64,000 nucleotides of DNA from a virus (IMGVR_UViG_3300001528_000425:1-64000); one strand, 5' to 3'; numbered from the stretch's first letter, positions 29,709 to 40,376 are shown. Numbers and translations are program-made. Notes: a model not told the origin generated them from the sequence alone.

Positions 29709-30222
29709 TTGTCATTTCTCCTTGATTTAACAGTGAATGGTGATAGTGGTAACTGATAGCGCGTTCTGCACGAGCATACCATTCGGGATGCTCATCTTCA
29801 ACGTCGATCACACTCCAAGGGATGTCTCCAGCGATAAACGCTGGGACGCACTTGTCGTTGTCCGACATAGATCCGATATCATGATAGAACGCGTATCTGA
29901 TACCGGAGACAGCGTCGCCGTATTGGATCGTTTCCATACGATAGATGCGATCCTCTGGATTCTTTAACAAGTTCGTATTGAACTCGTGCAGCATCGCCAT
30001 GAAGTGTTTGACCGGAACGAGTTGCTCCGGCATCGGCGTTGCCCCAAATGCAACGTATCCATCGACAGTGGATGCTGGACCATCCAGATCCATCGCAGCG
30101 AATTTGATGGTCTTGCCGTTATCTTCGAACTCGATGCCCTTCTTGTGGAAGACCGATTCAATTGTTTGACACAGTCTTTCAGCTCCAAGAGCAGAGGACC
30201 ACACGCGAATGATGATTTCCAT
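29692..30222 (-). CDS. Hypothetical protein
   Basis: 176 aa, AAGGAGG RBS. Confidence 0.65.
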   Translation of the reverse strand: MEIIIRVWSSALGAERLCQTIESVFHKKGIEFEDNGKTIKFAAMDLDGPASTVDGYVAFGATPMPEQLVPVKHFMAMLHEFNTNLLKNPEDRIYRMETIQYGDAVSGIRYAFYHDIGSMSDNDKCVPAFIAGDIPWSVIDVEDEHPEWYARAERAISYHYHHSLLNQGEMTNEPIQ

Positions 30223-30237
30223 AGAGGATACCTCCTT

Positions 30238-30672
30238 TCAGTCTCTATCAATCTTGAACTTCTTCTGCCTACATTGTTCTAAGACCGAGCGAAAGGAAGT
30301 CGGCATATCATCGAACAGTTCTTCTCCTCGGGTCATCCCGTAAGGATACTGCAGACCGAACAGTTTGCTGATCCACTCTTCATTCTCCAGGCTGAGCCCA
30401 CGACCGATTTCTCCACGGTATACGTTGTTCAGAACCAGTAGATGATCGATCATACGGACGAGAATATCGTAATCACTGACGTTCTCACAAAGCTCGTCCA
30501 TAATGGCAAGCAGGATCAATTGATCGTTGACTCCGTAATACCAGAGCGGATCGCCCTTGGCTTTCTTATCAAGCGCCTTCTCCCTGAGCCTTAACTTCAA
30601 CTCATTAGCCCATGAACGGAATATAGAAACAATCCGTTCCTCTTTGTCCAATTCTTTGTTTTCTTTTTCCAT
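30238..30672 (-). CDS. Hypothetical protein
   Basis: 144 aa, AAGGAGAGG RBS. Confidence 0.65.
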   Translation of the reverse strand: MEKENKELDKEERIVSIFRSWANELKLRLREKALDKKAKGDPLWYYGVNDQLILLAIMDELCENVSDYDILVRMIDHLLVLNNVYRGEIGRGLSLENEEWISKLFGLQYPYGMTRGEELFDDMPTSFRSVLEQCRQKKFKIDRD

Positions 30673-30749
30673 AATAACCTCTCCTTATATGGAATAGATA
30701 GTTGATAATACCATAAGGGAGGAGAGTGTAACTCTCCTCCCTCTACTGA

Positions 30750-31250
30750 TCAGTAGATCCAGAGTTTCGTGCCTTTGACACTCAGACGGAAACCGAACAT
30801 CTTACCGATGTGTTTCCAACGGCGCAGCATGGACTCCGGAATGGACGTCCAATCGAGCAGCTTGTAGTAGTCGCATTCGATCGAGATGTTGACTTTGAGT
30901 TTGTCCACCAACACCTTCGGCATCGTGGAACGTTTGATTGCAACGTTCATGAACCGATTGATACCACGACGTACATGCTTGTGATAATCCTGATCGGTCT
31001 TGGTGGGAGTTTCGACTCCTCTACCGATGAAGTAGAAGAACGCGAGATACGATTCCGTCTGCTGAAGGATCTCGTCCTTCCAGTGAGACGGGAGATCCAG
31101 ATACTCGTCCGAAGTGAGATCGAGTATCTCTGACGGGCAGATATTCCCATATCCGCATTCTGCGGGGAACTTCTGCAATTTCGCTTCCATGAAAGCTTTG
31201 AGTTTGGGCCAGACGATATCGTCCAGTTTGACCGGGTTAGTTCTTGCCAT
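30750..31250 (-). CDS. Hypothetical protein
   Basis: 166 aa, AGGAGG RBS. Confidence 0.65.
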   Translation of the reverse strand: MARTNPVKLDDIVWPKLKAFMEAKLQKFPAECGYGNICPSEILDLTSDEYLDLPSHWKDEILQQTESYLAFFYFIGRGVETPTKTDQDYHKHVRRGINRFMNVAIKRSTMPKVLVDKLKVNISIECDYYKLLDWTSIPESMLRRWKHIGKMFGFRLSVKGTKLWIY

Positions 31251-31301
31251 GATGAGTCCCTCCTATGGCTTGATTAGGTTGATATGGTAAATGACCGGGT
31301 T

Positions 31302-32138
31302 TTATTTATGTCGACGTGCAGGACGAGTACACGTTCTCATATCGGTGAACAATCCATTGTAATCGAATTTTACTTCCGGATGTCTCTGCCTGAATCGATA
31401 GATGTCAAGAGGTGCAATACCGAATTCTTTCTTGGCTTGTTGTTTGGTGTAAGATCCTGCTTGAAGCTTACCAATAATGCAAAGATAATTCTCCTTCGTT
31501 TTCATCTTTCTGATATCACACGCTTGTCGACTTTCGGGATTTGTTCTGTGCCACTGATAATTTCCACAATGGGTGAGCCAGTTGTGCTCCTTTAAGATAC
31601 GCAGTACGCTGTACAAACTTCCCATAGTTCCTCCTCCGATAAGCTCGAGGATCTCTTTCGACGAGAAGGAGTCTTTCGGACAGAACTCGAACAACAGAGT
31701 CACTCGTTCACGTGTAGAGTAACTCTTATCTCGTACGGCCGCGTCGATGCGTGCTTTGAGTTCATTCATTCTAGTTATTCTCGAATCTTCCTTCGTGCTA
31801 TCCGCGAATAACCGAACTCGGAACATGGTGGCATCAGAATCCACTGTACCGAAGAGATCGAAGAATTCCAGTTCCAGATCGAAGTTGTCCCGACTCTTCT
31901 CTCTGACTAAAACGATGTACCGAGTGTATTCCTTCCTGAGAGCGGAGATGTAATCCACCAACTCTGCATAGAACTGGAAGAAGAGTTTCTGGGAAGGAGG
32001 AAAAGCTTGACACATCTTCTCGATCTCTTCACAGTGGTGTTTCACTTTCTTGTGAAAGATATTGAAGTCTTGTTCATAAAGTTCCATAGCATAACCTACT
32101 TTCTTTAAAAGTTGACGATCAGGTACAGATAGGGTCAT
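31302..32138 (-). CDS. Hypothetical protein, possible C-terminal HTH-like DNA-binding region
   Basis: Up to 278 aa; basic C-terminus with YTKQQAKKEFGIAPLDIYRF; start uncertain. Confidence 0.5.
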   Translation of the reverse strand: MTLSVPDRQLLKKVGYAMELYEQDFNIFHKKVKHHCEEIEKMCQAFPPSQKLFFQFYAELVDYISALRKEYTRYIVLVREKSRDNFDLELEFFDLFGTVDSDATMFRVRLFADSTKEDSRITRMNELKARIDAAVRDKSYSTRERVTLLFEFCPKDSFSSKEILELIGGGTMGSLYSVLRILKEHNWLTHCGNYQWHRTNPESRQACDIRKMKTKENYLCIIGKLQAGSYTKQQAKKEFGIAPLDIYRFRQRHPEVKFDYNGLFTDMRTCTRPARRHK

Positions 32139-32150
32139 CCCTATCTGTAC

Positions 32151-32477
32151 CTACGACTTAATTCGTTTACGTTTGATGAGATCGAATGTGTTCTTACTGA
32201 AATCGATCCGATATCCCCATTCCTTACCTGAGGATAGATCCGTAAGAACATGTTCGAATACGGTGAGTTGATTGTTGTCTTTGTTGTAAGAAATTGTCAT
32301 TTCACTTCCTTCCGGAGGGAGAGTAAAACCTAATCCATGACGTATGATAAACGTCGAGAATCGGTTATAACTCTTGATGATCTCCGGATGGAGGATAAGT
32401 ACACGTTCGAACAACTCCTTAACGTGATTCATCTCCTGTACAGAGGAATCACATTGCAACACGAGTTGTTCTTCCAT
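32151..32477 (-). CDS. Hypothetical protein
   Basis: 108 aa, AGGAG RBS. Confidence 0.6.
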   Translation of the reverse strand: MEEQLVLQCDSSVQEMNHVKELFERVLILHPEIIKSYNRFSTFIIRHGLGFTLPPEGSEMTISYNKDNNQLTVFEHVLTDLSSGKEWGYRIDFSKNTFDLIKRKRIKS

Positions 32478-32478
32478 A

Positions 32479-32934
32479 TTACTTCTCCTGGTTGGCTTTG
32501 TCTGACGAATGGAAGATATCGTTGACGAGCTTTCCGATATTCTGTCTGCTCACGAACTTCTCGTTCGGCTCCGGGTTATCCACTTCCAGCGCATGGAAAG
32601 AGTTGGTCTTGAAATTGGCATCCCAGCCAACCGCTTTCATTTGATCAGAAGCAGTCCAGAGGATACGAATCTTGACCGGCACATCCTGTTCATCGACTTG
32701 AATATCGATGTGACACGTTGCAATTTCCTGTCGCAACTGAGCAGTACCGACCACATCGTTGATCCACACCTTGTTACGTTTGTGTCGGCGATTGGCGGCA
32801 GCGAGTTTCACCAGTTTCTTCGATGCTTTGAACGCCACATTGCACTCAAAGACTTTCGCCTGCATTGCGGCCATTTCTTCGTCATTGGTAATATCCTTGC
32901 CGTTGTAGACATACCGAGCATTGATTTGAGCCAT
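32479..32934 (-). CDS. Hypothetical early protein
   Basis: 151 aa, AAGGAGG RBS, first gene after promoter at 32994-33001. Confidence 0.7.
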   Translation of the reverse strand: MAQINARYVYNGKDITNDEEMAAMQAKVFECNVAFKASKKLVKLAAANRRHKRNKVWINDVVGTAQLRQEIATCHIDIQVDEQDVPVKIRILWTASDQMKAVGWDANFKTNSFHALEVDNPEPNEKFVSRQNIGKLVNDIFHSSDKANQEK

Positions 32935-33334
32935 AATAGAAACCTCCTTATTTATGTTAAATGATTTGTTTTGATGCTACGAACATCATAATGGTAATAT
33001 ATAAGCAAAAAATAACGATCGACAGGATGGAAGGGATTAACCTTCCATCCTGTTATCGCAGCTTATTTCTCCAGCTTGGCTTTCTTCTTCCAATCCGCAT
33101 CATTGCTCTGAATAGAAGCAACATGGTTCTTGTCGACACATTTCTTTTCGATAAGTTTCCGAAGAAGAAACGCAACGACCTCGATGATTGTAGGTGGTTT
33201 ATGTTCTCGTACCATTTTCACTCCTTTTCTTATCAAGTTGTAAATAGGTGATTTTCACCAGGGAATTTCCATGGAAAAGTAAATCATTTGGCATCAAAAT
33301 CAGACGCTCAGTCCGACTACCTTGCTAAGGTGTT

Positions 33335-35161
33335 TTAACGCTGTTTGACTAGCTTTAACCATTCATCGACGGTTGTCACGAATACGTTGTATTTCATCGC
33401 TTGACGAACCTTATTACTCTGGTGTCCTTGCTCACTTACTACAAGGTAGTTCAACCCTCTGGTAACCTTATCAACAGGTCTCCAGTTATTGAGTCTCGCT
33501 ATCTTTTCATAGTAGTGACGTTCATGCGGCATCTTGCCAGTGAAACACACTGTCAGTAGATGCTCTTCATCTTCTTGTTGAGAAGGAATGATCCTTACTA
33601 CTCGCATCAAAGCGAGTAGCTCGTCTTTCTTCTCATCCAATCCTCGTACCAAGGCGTATGCTTTCTCGATGCCGATGCCTTGGATATCCATAAGATCGTC
33701 TTCCGAACACTCGAAGAGTTGTTCGATCGTCTTGTGACGACATAGCAACTTTGCGGTATTGATTCCCATGTGCTGGATGTTCATGGCAGCCAATACCCGA
33801 TAGTCGGCTACACCGCTAGCGATCCTTCTTAACTCTTGATAGAGATTGGTTGCAGACTTCACTTGAAATCCATCCAGCAGCATGATCTCTTCTTTGGTAA
33901 GTTGGAAGAAATCGATCAGGTGTGATACCTTCAGTCTTCGCATCATTTCTTGGATCGTTTTCTCTCCAAGACCTTGGATATCCATGATCTGAACTCCACA
34001 GAGCAATTGTCGCAGCAATAGTTCCTGACAGGACTTGTTGACACAATAAAGCTCTGGTCCTATCCTGGCAACTGGTTTACCACAGTAAGGACATTTCTTC
34101 AGAACGATGGGAGTTCGCTGCTCTCCAGGTTCGTTATCCACGACATACGGGATCACATCGCCAGAACGTTCAACAGTAAGAGTATCTCCTATCTGGATAT
34201 CGTTATCCTCGATGTTCTTGATGTTGTGCAAAGTAGCTCTGGAGATCGTTACCGAATCCAATCGGATCGGTTCCAAGATAGCTACAGGAGTCAAGACTCG
34301 TTTACCGAGTCCCCACTCTACACCGATGAGTTTGGTGGGGTATCGGATCGCTTCGAACTTGAATGCGATGGCACCACGTGGATGATGCGCTGTGGAACCT
34401 AGAGACTTCGCATAAGTCTCGTCTTCTAACTTTATCACGATACCATCCATGGGATAAGGCAAAGCTTCTATGTCTTTAACAACGTCCGACCAATTCGCTC
34501 GCAACTGCTTCAAAGTTACTTTGAATTGTATTCGATCATATGCCACCAACGTAAGCTTTACCCGATGCTGAAGGAATTCCCCAATATCCTTAGCGCCAAC
34601 GATACCAGCTATTGCGTTTCGTGGATTCTTATAGGGAGTCCCATCTTTCTTGGTGATACCAGGAAATACAGTCTCGAAGATATCCTTACGAATTAGAAGT
34701 TCCCCTAGAACTGGGAACTTCAATCGACCAGTATAGGTCTTGGTTTCTACTTCAATGAGAGGGAGTTTATCCGTGATGTTATCCCCGACATATCCATCAC
34801 CACGTGTGGCAAGTATGTTGTCTCGATACGATGCGGTCATGCCGTCGTATTTGGGTTCGATCACGAAGATCTCATCCTCCGATCTCTGCACTTTGTCAGC
34901 CCAGTCGATAACTTCCTCTAAAGTAAAAGCCTTGGCCAATGACAGTAGGGGAGTAACATGGGTGACCTTACCGAGACTATGTACTTCCGGTGCTTGTACA
35001 CTTGTCAGTAGGGGATGACTGGGATGACGTCTCCGGAGTTCCTGTTCCAGCTCACCGAATTCAGTATCCGTCAGTTCTGGATTATTATGCTTCCAGTAAG
35101 CAGCATTGTGATATGCAAATTGATCGATGAGTTCTTCATCGGTCATAGATTTCGTGTCCAT
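33335..35161 (-). CDS. ligA: NAD-dependent DNA ligase
   Basis: EPKYDG adenylation motif, TRGDG, MDGIVIK, HHPRGAIAFK, ATLHN, Cys4 zinc finger (CPYC...C...C), HhH repeats, BRCT (VCFTG). Confidence 0.97.
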   Translation of the reverse strand: MDTKSMTDEELIDQFAYHNAAYWKHNNPELTDTEFGELEQELRRRHPSHPLLTSVQAPEVHSLGKVTHVTPLLSLAKAFTLEEVIDWADKVQRSEDEIFVIEPKYDGMTASYRDNILATRGDGYVGDNITDKLPLIEVETKTYTGRLKFPVLGELLIRKDIFETVFPGITKKDGTPYKNPRNAIAGIVGAKDIGEFLQHRVKLTLVAYDRIQFKVTLKQLRANWSDVVKDIEALPYPMDGIVIKLEDETYAKSLGSTAHHPRGAIAFKFEAIRYPTKLIGVEWGLGKRVLTPVAILEPIRLDSVTISRATLHNIKNIEDNDIQIGDTLTVERSGDVIPYVVDNEPGEQRTPIVLKKCPYCGKPVARIGPELYCVNKSCQELLLRQLLCGVQIMDIQGLGEKTIQEMMRRLKVSHLIDFFQLTKEEIMLLDGFQVKSATNLYQELRRIASGVADYRVLAAMNIQHMGINTAKLLCRHKTIEQLFECSEDDLMDIQGIGIEKAYALVRGLDEKKDELLALMRVVRIIPSQQEDEEHLLTVCFTGKMPHERHYYEKIARLNNWRPVDKVTRGLNYLVVSEQGHQSNKVRQAMKYNVFVTTVDEWLKLVKQR

Positions 35162-35281
35162 ATTCAGTGCTCCTAGTTGACTTATTGCGATTGCTCTTCA
35201 TAATAGTAATATATACTTCTGATACATTACAAAAAATAAACAGAGAGGTGGATCACCACCTCTCTGTTCTAGGAGTATCGC

Positions 35282-35616
35282 TTACGCTACGATCACTTGG
35301 TTGTCCACTCGAATTCTACCTTCAGCGATCAGTCGTTCACGGATCAAATCTTCCATCTGTCCGTAATCCGGAAGACCGAAGTATTGATTCTCCACGTAAA
35401 CAGCATTCTCGAATGCATAGATCGCGTTGACGAAGAACTCTTCCACTTCATAGGATCGAAACGATGTGGTAGGCATGCCAGTTTCGTCAAGGTGTCCGGT
35501 CTTGACTTCCTCGCATCTAATCGGTCCAACACGTCCACTATCGTCGATGGAGAGAGCTGTGGATAGTTTGGTTTCCTTACTACAGTTCAGCATCTGCATG
35601 AGTGAGGGGTACATTG
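35282..35616 (-). CDS. Split family-B DNA polymerase exonuclease-bearing subunit, exon 2
   Basis: Begins CA|ATG TAC CCC TCA; after splicing completes motif A D-V-R-S-M-Y-P-S, then LNCSKET. Confidence 0.85.
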
Positions 35617-35973
35617 CTTAAGAGAATACATTCTCTTCTTTGACTATATCTTCACCATCGATCTCGCGATCGGTCAGGTGTCTCTTGTTTGGGCTTGCGC
35701 CTACTCCCGTGTCCGGGATAGTCGATGAACCCGATCCTCCTTACGAAGGACCTCGGCTGCTGATTACACATTGTCACATGACCCTTAGCACCTGTTACCA
35801 GGCTTTTATTGCAGCATAGGTCGAGCTTTATGTTTCTTTCTGTCTTTCAACAACATTCACGCTTGCCGTTACCAGCTACGTTGTAGTACATTAAGCTACT
35901 AGTGTTTCCCAGCAATTAAAGAGATTTCGACTCATGGTTTCCCATGAGAAGAGGCCAATGTCTATTTTGACTA
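35617..35973 (-). ncRNA. Group I intron (357 nt, no homing endonuclease)
   Basis: On minus strand: P AATTGCTGGGAAA, Q AATCAGCAG, R GTTCATCGACTA, S AAGATATAGTC; 5' exon ends in U paired to G in P1 (AGGT/TA with TGGCCT); intron ends in G; removal restores the frame. Confidence 0.93.
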
Positions 35974-37399
35974 ACCTAACATCCTCATCACACACGATCT
36001 TCTGCACGGAGGACAATTTATCGGACTCCTTTAGGATCGGTACACCCGTACCTCTGGCGTTCAACGGATCGAGTACCGCACCACCTTGGTTGATGATGTA
36101 CTGATCGGTATCCTTCACCAACGGTTCACCGATACTTGCCGGAACCTTACCTTGAGGCAACAACCATTCATAGAAGGTATTCTTCAGCTGAACGGTTTGT
36201 TTGGAGAAGTCTTCCAACCTGGAAGGTCCGATCAAGTTCATCAAGTTCCTGACGTCATTGTTCTTCCAATTCATCAGGTACAAGATGGCATTGTCAACGA
36301 TGTTGTATACGGTATAACCAACGAAGTCCTTCGTTTGCATATCGTAGTGGGTGCGGTTCTGACCGAAGTCTAGCTTACCTGCTCCTAGTTCCTTGGCTCC
36401 AATATAATCCAACTTGTAGTTGACATCTCTACCTTTCGCCTTACGGAGACGTCCGTATAACTGCATGGCGTCGATGAACTGCGTATAGCCAGATAACTGG
36501 AACCAATCCCAATGGTCGGTGATATGATCTCCTGGTTTCCCTTTATCCTTGTTGTACTTGCAGATCCTGAGTCTTTTTGGTACTTCAGGATGACACATCA
36601 CATCAGCGGGATCTTCTCCTAAGAAGGTGAGTCTCTCGATGATGCGCGGAATATCGTAGCCCATGTTCCAGATGACTACGAAGTCTGGTTTGCATTGATG
36701 GATCTGTTGAAAGATCCACTTGATCACTTCGACTTCATGATCTGACTCGAAGTAATGGATGTTCAGGGGATGATGATCGTAGAGTTCCTGGATCTTCGGT
36801 TTTAAGGCATCTCTGAATTGTTTGTTGACTCGAGTTTCGAATTTCTTCTTAACTGCTTCAATTCCCTCCCCTTCTCGGAAGAACGGTTTGAAGATCGAGC
36901 AATAACAATTCCCATCTCCATTGATGAACGAGATCAGAATGATCTCGTTGTTTCCAACAACCGAAGACTCAATGTCAAGGGTTCCTACGTTGTATCCAGG
37001 AGGGTTCCTCGGATTCATTTTACGGAACATGCCTTTGATACGAACACCGATATCGATATCCGCACCATAGACATAAGGAGAAGTCATCAGCTTACGCTGA
37101 TTGAAATACCCATTGCCATAACCGACATTCTGTCCAAGTGCTTTCGCCAGGGTACGACCGATCTCACAGTACTTCGTGTTGAACATGTCGAGCTCGTCCA
37201 TGGGAGCATACTCTTTCTTTTCAGAATAGTTACGCCTCCCAGGTTTGGTTACCCATACCTTGACAGTAGGATCTTCCACGATCATTAACTCGGATACACC
37301 CGTGTCTACATTTTTGATATTCGCCACATATGCATCGTGGTCTCTACCAAGAGGAACGTAGACACCGTGAACGAATTGATGTGTCTGATACACACTCAT
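35974..37399 (-). CDS. Split family-B DNA polymerase exonuclease-bearing subunit (phiKZ gp82-like), exon 1; 586 aa spliced
   Basis: ExoI LDIES, ExoII WNMGYD, ExoIII YNIVD, GGAVLDP before motif A. Confidence 0.88.
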
Positions 37400-37542
37400 T
37401 TGTTGTTCCTTCTTGTTGCTAAATTCAATTGTATAAGATCTTTCCCTTTCGTATTAAAAGATAAGTGCGGTAGAGCAAGGAGGGATATCCCTCCTTGCTC
37501 TACCCATTCAGGAAGCCATCCATTAAGAGGAGGGTCGTTGCC

Positions 37543-38202
37543 TTACTGCTGGAGCACTGCTCGCAACAGTTCTGTTGAAGGCGAACCAAGCGGATCTCCA
37601 TTGGTGACATGACCGAAGCGATCCACGAACATCGGAACGAAGTTCTCAGGATCACTCAAGCGAACGGACGAATGAAGTCGTCCACCCTGAAGGATCTCGT
37701 ATAACCCTTCATCCGTCAACACCGGAGGTAACTTGTGGATGATAACCTGCCCCACGTCAAGCTTCTTGGAGATGATCCACTGCTGAGGACGATCGAATTC
37801 GATCGGCTGTCCGTGCTCATCTCGCTTGACGATCTTACGGGGCTGATAGTCAGGATCGATCCATTCGCGGACGAAGTCGTTGAATGTCACGATCTTTTTC
37901 CAGCCCGATCGCTCCATGGCGTTCAGGCACCAACCGGAGATCAGACTCTCGGCGGTATCAGAACGCAACGCTCTGTCTTCGTGGATACGATCGATCCTGG
38001 AGATGGAAACACTGTGATATCCGTTGAACTTCTTGCAGATCGAATACAGGTAGCCAAGTTGAGTATTCTCATCTTTGAGAGCCTCTTGGATGGCCAGCTC
38101 GTGTTTCACGAGTGCTTCTTTCAGTTCAAGATCTTGATCCGACATCGGAAGAGGATCTCCGGGTTTGTAATCAACAGCTGCTTCTTTTAGTAATTCTTCC
38201 AT
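37543..38202 (-). CDS. Hypothetical phage protein downstream of ruvC
   Basis: Probable start MEELLK at 38202 (AGGA RBS). Confidence 0.65.
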   Translation of the reverse strand: MEELLKEAAVDYKPGDPLPMSDQDLELKEALVKHELAIQEALKDENTQLGYLYSICKKFNGYHSVSISRIDRIHEDRALRSDTAESLISGWCLNAMERSGWKKIVTFNDFVREWIDPDYQPRKIVKRDEHGQPIEFDRPQQWIISKKLDVGQVIIHKLPPVLTDEGLYEILQGGRLHSSVRLSDPENFVPMFVDRFGHVTNGDPLGSPSTELLRAVLQQ

Positions 38203-38225
38203 AGTTGAGTCCTGTGTATGTTTTA

Positions 38226-38843
38226 TCACGCCACCTTAAGCACCACGATCGTGTCGTTGGTCTGTGCCGCTGCCAGCAAAGTCGGAAGATACGTCTGAAC
38301 GAACGCATATCCGATCGCGACACTGTCCGCACAGTGCTCGTTGAGCATGGGGATCAGTTTGTCGCTCTTGAAGGTGATCTTCGGGTTCTCAAGGATCGCT
38401 TGTTGGACATTGAGTTTCTTACTGTCACCTCTGCCAGAGATGGCCAGCTTCGCCGCTTTCGGTGCGATGGCTGTAATGGTTTTACCGTAATGGTCGTACA
38501 CGGTCAGCTTAGCAGTGCATTGCCACATGCACAGCGCTGCGTGCGCTTGTGGACGAGACGGATTGAAGAAGATATCTTCCATAACGATGTAATCCGGTTT
38601 AAACTCGTCTAAGAGTTGGATGATTGCAGCACGGAGTACCACTAAGGATATCACACGTTTGCTGAATTTCTCCACGTCCTCCCTACGATCCGCTCTTGAT
38701 GCGACAGCAGCCGGTTGAATGTTGCCGAGCCTGATCACTTGAAGTACGCCGCTCTCCAAGTCAAGTTCAGTAACAGACCAACCCGTCATCGTCAGTCCCG
38801 GGTCGAAGTTCAGGGTTCTGATCTTCTTGGGATGATTGCTCAT
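38226..38843 (-). CDS. ruvC: Holliday junction resolvase RuvC
   Basis: FDPGLTMTGW, IVMEDIF, PKAAK, G.G...K..V, EHCADSVAI acidic catalytic set. Confidence 0.92.
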   Translation of the reverse strand: MSNHPKKIRTLNFDPGLTMTGWSVTELDLESGVLQVIRLGNIQPAAVASRADRREDVEKFSKRVISLVVLRAAIIQLLDEFKPDYIVMEDIFFNPSRPQAHAALCMWQCTAKLTVYDHYGKTITAIAPKAAKLAISGRGDSKKLNVQQAILENPKITFKSDKLIPMLNEHCADSVAIGYAFVQTYLPTLLAAAQTNDTIVVLKVA

Positions 38844-38929
38844 TGCCTCTCCAGTTCAAATGAATGTATCTGAAGAGTAGGTGAGACTGGGGTTATTTAT
38901 AACATAGAGGTAATTGTTAAATTTTAAAG

Positions 38930-39275
38930 ACACAATTCAGTCCCAACATGATCACATAAGAGTGTAGAAAGTTTCACCATGATAACCACCATATAGGTTA
39001 ACAAGGATGACTTATCTAGATACTCTTACGTGTTTGATTTCGGTGGAACCAAAGTTCCGATGGGTTTGTGGAATCTGCCGAGCCAGAGCAGGAGCGTGTA
39101 CTCCATAAACTGGCGTCAAGCGTCTTACAAGTAAGTCAAATGTCGAAAGCTTCATAGTGAAGTCCTCCTAACCAACTCAGGGAACAGTAGGTGCTGGCGG
39201 CACCTACTGTTCCCGTCTATTAGTTTATTTGAAATACGAAGGTAATTGATGATTGTGCGACCGACTGAATTGTGT
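38930..39275. ncRNA. Unrecognised structured element, copy A (candidate large ncRNA)
   Basis: 13-bp terminal inverted repeat, long bulged hairpin, conserved core shared with 48617-49037; no ORF. Confidence 0.7.
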
Positions 39276-39286
39276 AGAACATCAAT

Positions 39287-39796
39287 TCATTTCAAATCCT
39301 CTCCGAAATACTTCTGATAGAACTCATCGACAGAAGGTCTCCCAATGGTATCTGGTAAGGAATCAAATGCTCCCGGGAATCTGGATACTTTCAACGGTAC
39401 GACGGGTTTAGGAGGCTTAATTCTATGATGCATGTGAACCGACGTCGGCTTCCGCTGTATCGGCTTCATCTCATATTTTTGGATAGCTTCCGAGACGCAG
39501 TAATCGTTCTTATGGTTGTTGAGTTTCATCCAGTCCTCTGGACTGATAGAACTTTCCATCATGAACGTTACCACCGTCTTACGTACTTTGTCGTAGATAA
39601 CAGGATACCAGATTCCCTTGAAGTATACGAATTTCTGAATCACACGTAGAGACTGACGTTCTACAACAACACTTAATACAGCACTCTGACAGTGTTTGGA
39701 TATCACTTCCAGATCCCTGGTTGTCAGTGCAAGTCCGTAACGCTCCAGTGCTCTACGTTTAGCATGATGAATTTCAGATTTCTTCTTTGAAGCCAT
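39287..39796 (-). CDS. Hypothetical protein with HAxxRxxER motif
   Basis: 169 aa; HHAKRRALERYG resembles RelE-like/DUF4258-type phage proteins (weak inference). Confidence 0.55.
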   Translation of the reverse strand: MASKKKSEIHHAKRRALERYGLALTTRDLEVISKHCQSAVLSVVVERQSLRVIQKFVYFKGIWYPVIYDKVRKTVVTFMMESSISPEDWMKLNNHKNDYCVSEAIQKYEMKPIQRKPTSVHMHHRIKPPKPVVPLKVSRFPGAFDSLPDTIGRPSVDEFYQKYFGEDLK

Positions 39797-39841
39797 CTTC
39801 GCGTCTCCAGTTCATACATAACCTCTCTTCCTTGTTAGATG

Positions 39842-39891
39842 AAAAAATAAAAGAAGAATCCGGGAGGGAGAGGGATATCCCTCTCCCTCCC
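39842..39891 (-). terminator. Perfect hairpin plus offset TTATTTTTT terminator (representative)
   Basis: GGGAGGGAGAGGGATATCCCTCTCCCTCCC; similar hairpins near 293, 2193, 5113, 7318, 14140, 15783, 17283, 19381, 27375, 28442, 30716, 32121, 33022, 35240, 37470, 44619, 46553, 47958, 49350, 51582, 52184, 56866. Confidence 0.75.
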
Positions 39892-39917
39892 TAGAGATTC
39901 ACTGAGCCGTTGGCGGA

Positions 39918-40376
39918 TTATTTCTTCTTGAATGCCGCTTCGATCTCAGCAGCGCACTGAGCCAGCAGGCCGCCTTCTTTCCGCAGTTCGCGGTTGAAGT
40001 TGCGGTTGATCGTGATGGAGGTCTGGCCGTACTTCACGCTGCGGTACTCTTTGCCGGTGCCGGGAGTCTTGCCTTCGCTGATCACTTCGCCCTTCATCTT
40101 GATTTCGGCGGAATCATTACCCTGGCCGAGCTTGGCGAGCTGCGGGACTTTGGTCTCGATGACTTTGTCTTTCATCAGCGGAAGGACCGCTGCGGAGACA
40201 GTGTCGACGGCGTCGATGACGACTTTGCGGACTTCTTTGGTGGCGCCGAGTTCGGCGAGCGCTTCGTCGTAGTCATTGCGAGACATGGTGAACTGGTTCT
40301 TGGCCGGATCATAAATGACCGGCTTTCCGAGAACGGTGAACTCCTGGGTTGCGACGGTTTCTTTGTCTTTGCTCAT
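39918..40376 (-). CDS. Highly expressed early protein, possibly DNA-binding
   Basis: Own TATATTAC promoter and terminator, strong GC3 bias, GKTPGTGKEY resembles the HU/IHF arm. Confidence 0.6.
   Translation of the reverse strand: MSKDKETVATQEFTVLGKPVIYDPAKNQFTMSRNDYDEALAELGATKEVRKVVIDAVDTVSAAVLPLMKDKVIETKVPQLAKLGQGNDSAEIKMKGEVISEGKTPGTGKEYRSVKYGQTSITINRNFNRELRKEGGLLAQCAAEIEAAFKKK

Noticed and set aside
35891-35973. C-terminal extension LVKIDIG...NCWETLVA of the polymerase ORF
   Set aside because: Translated group I intron sequence, not protein
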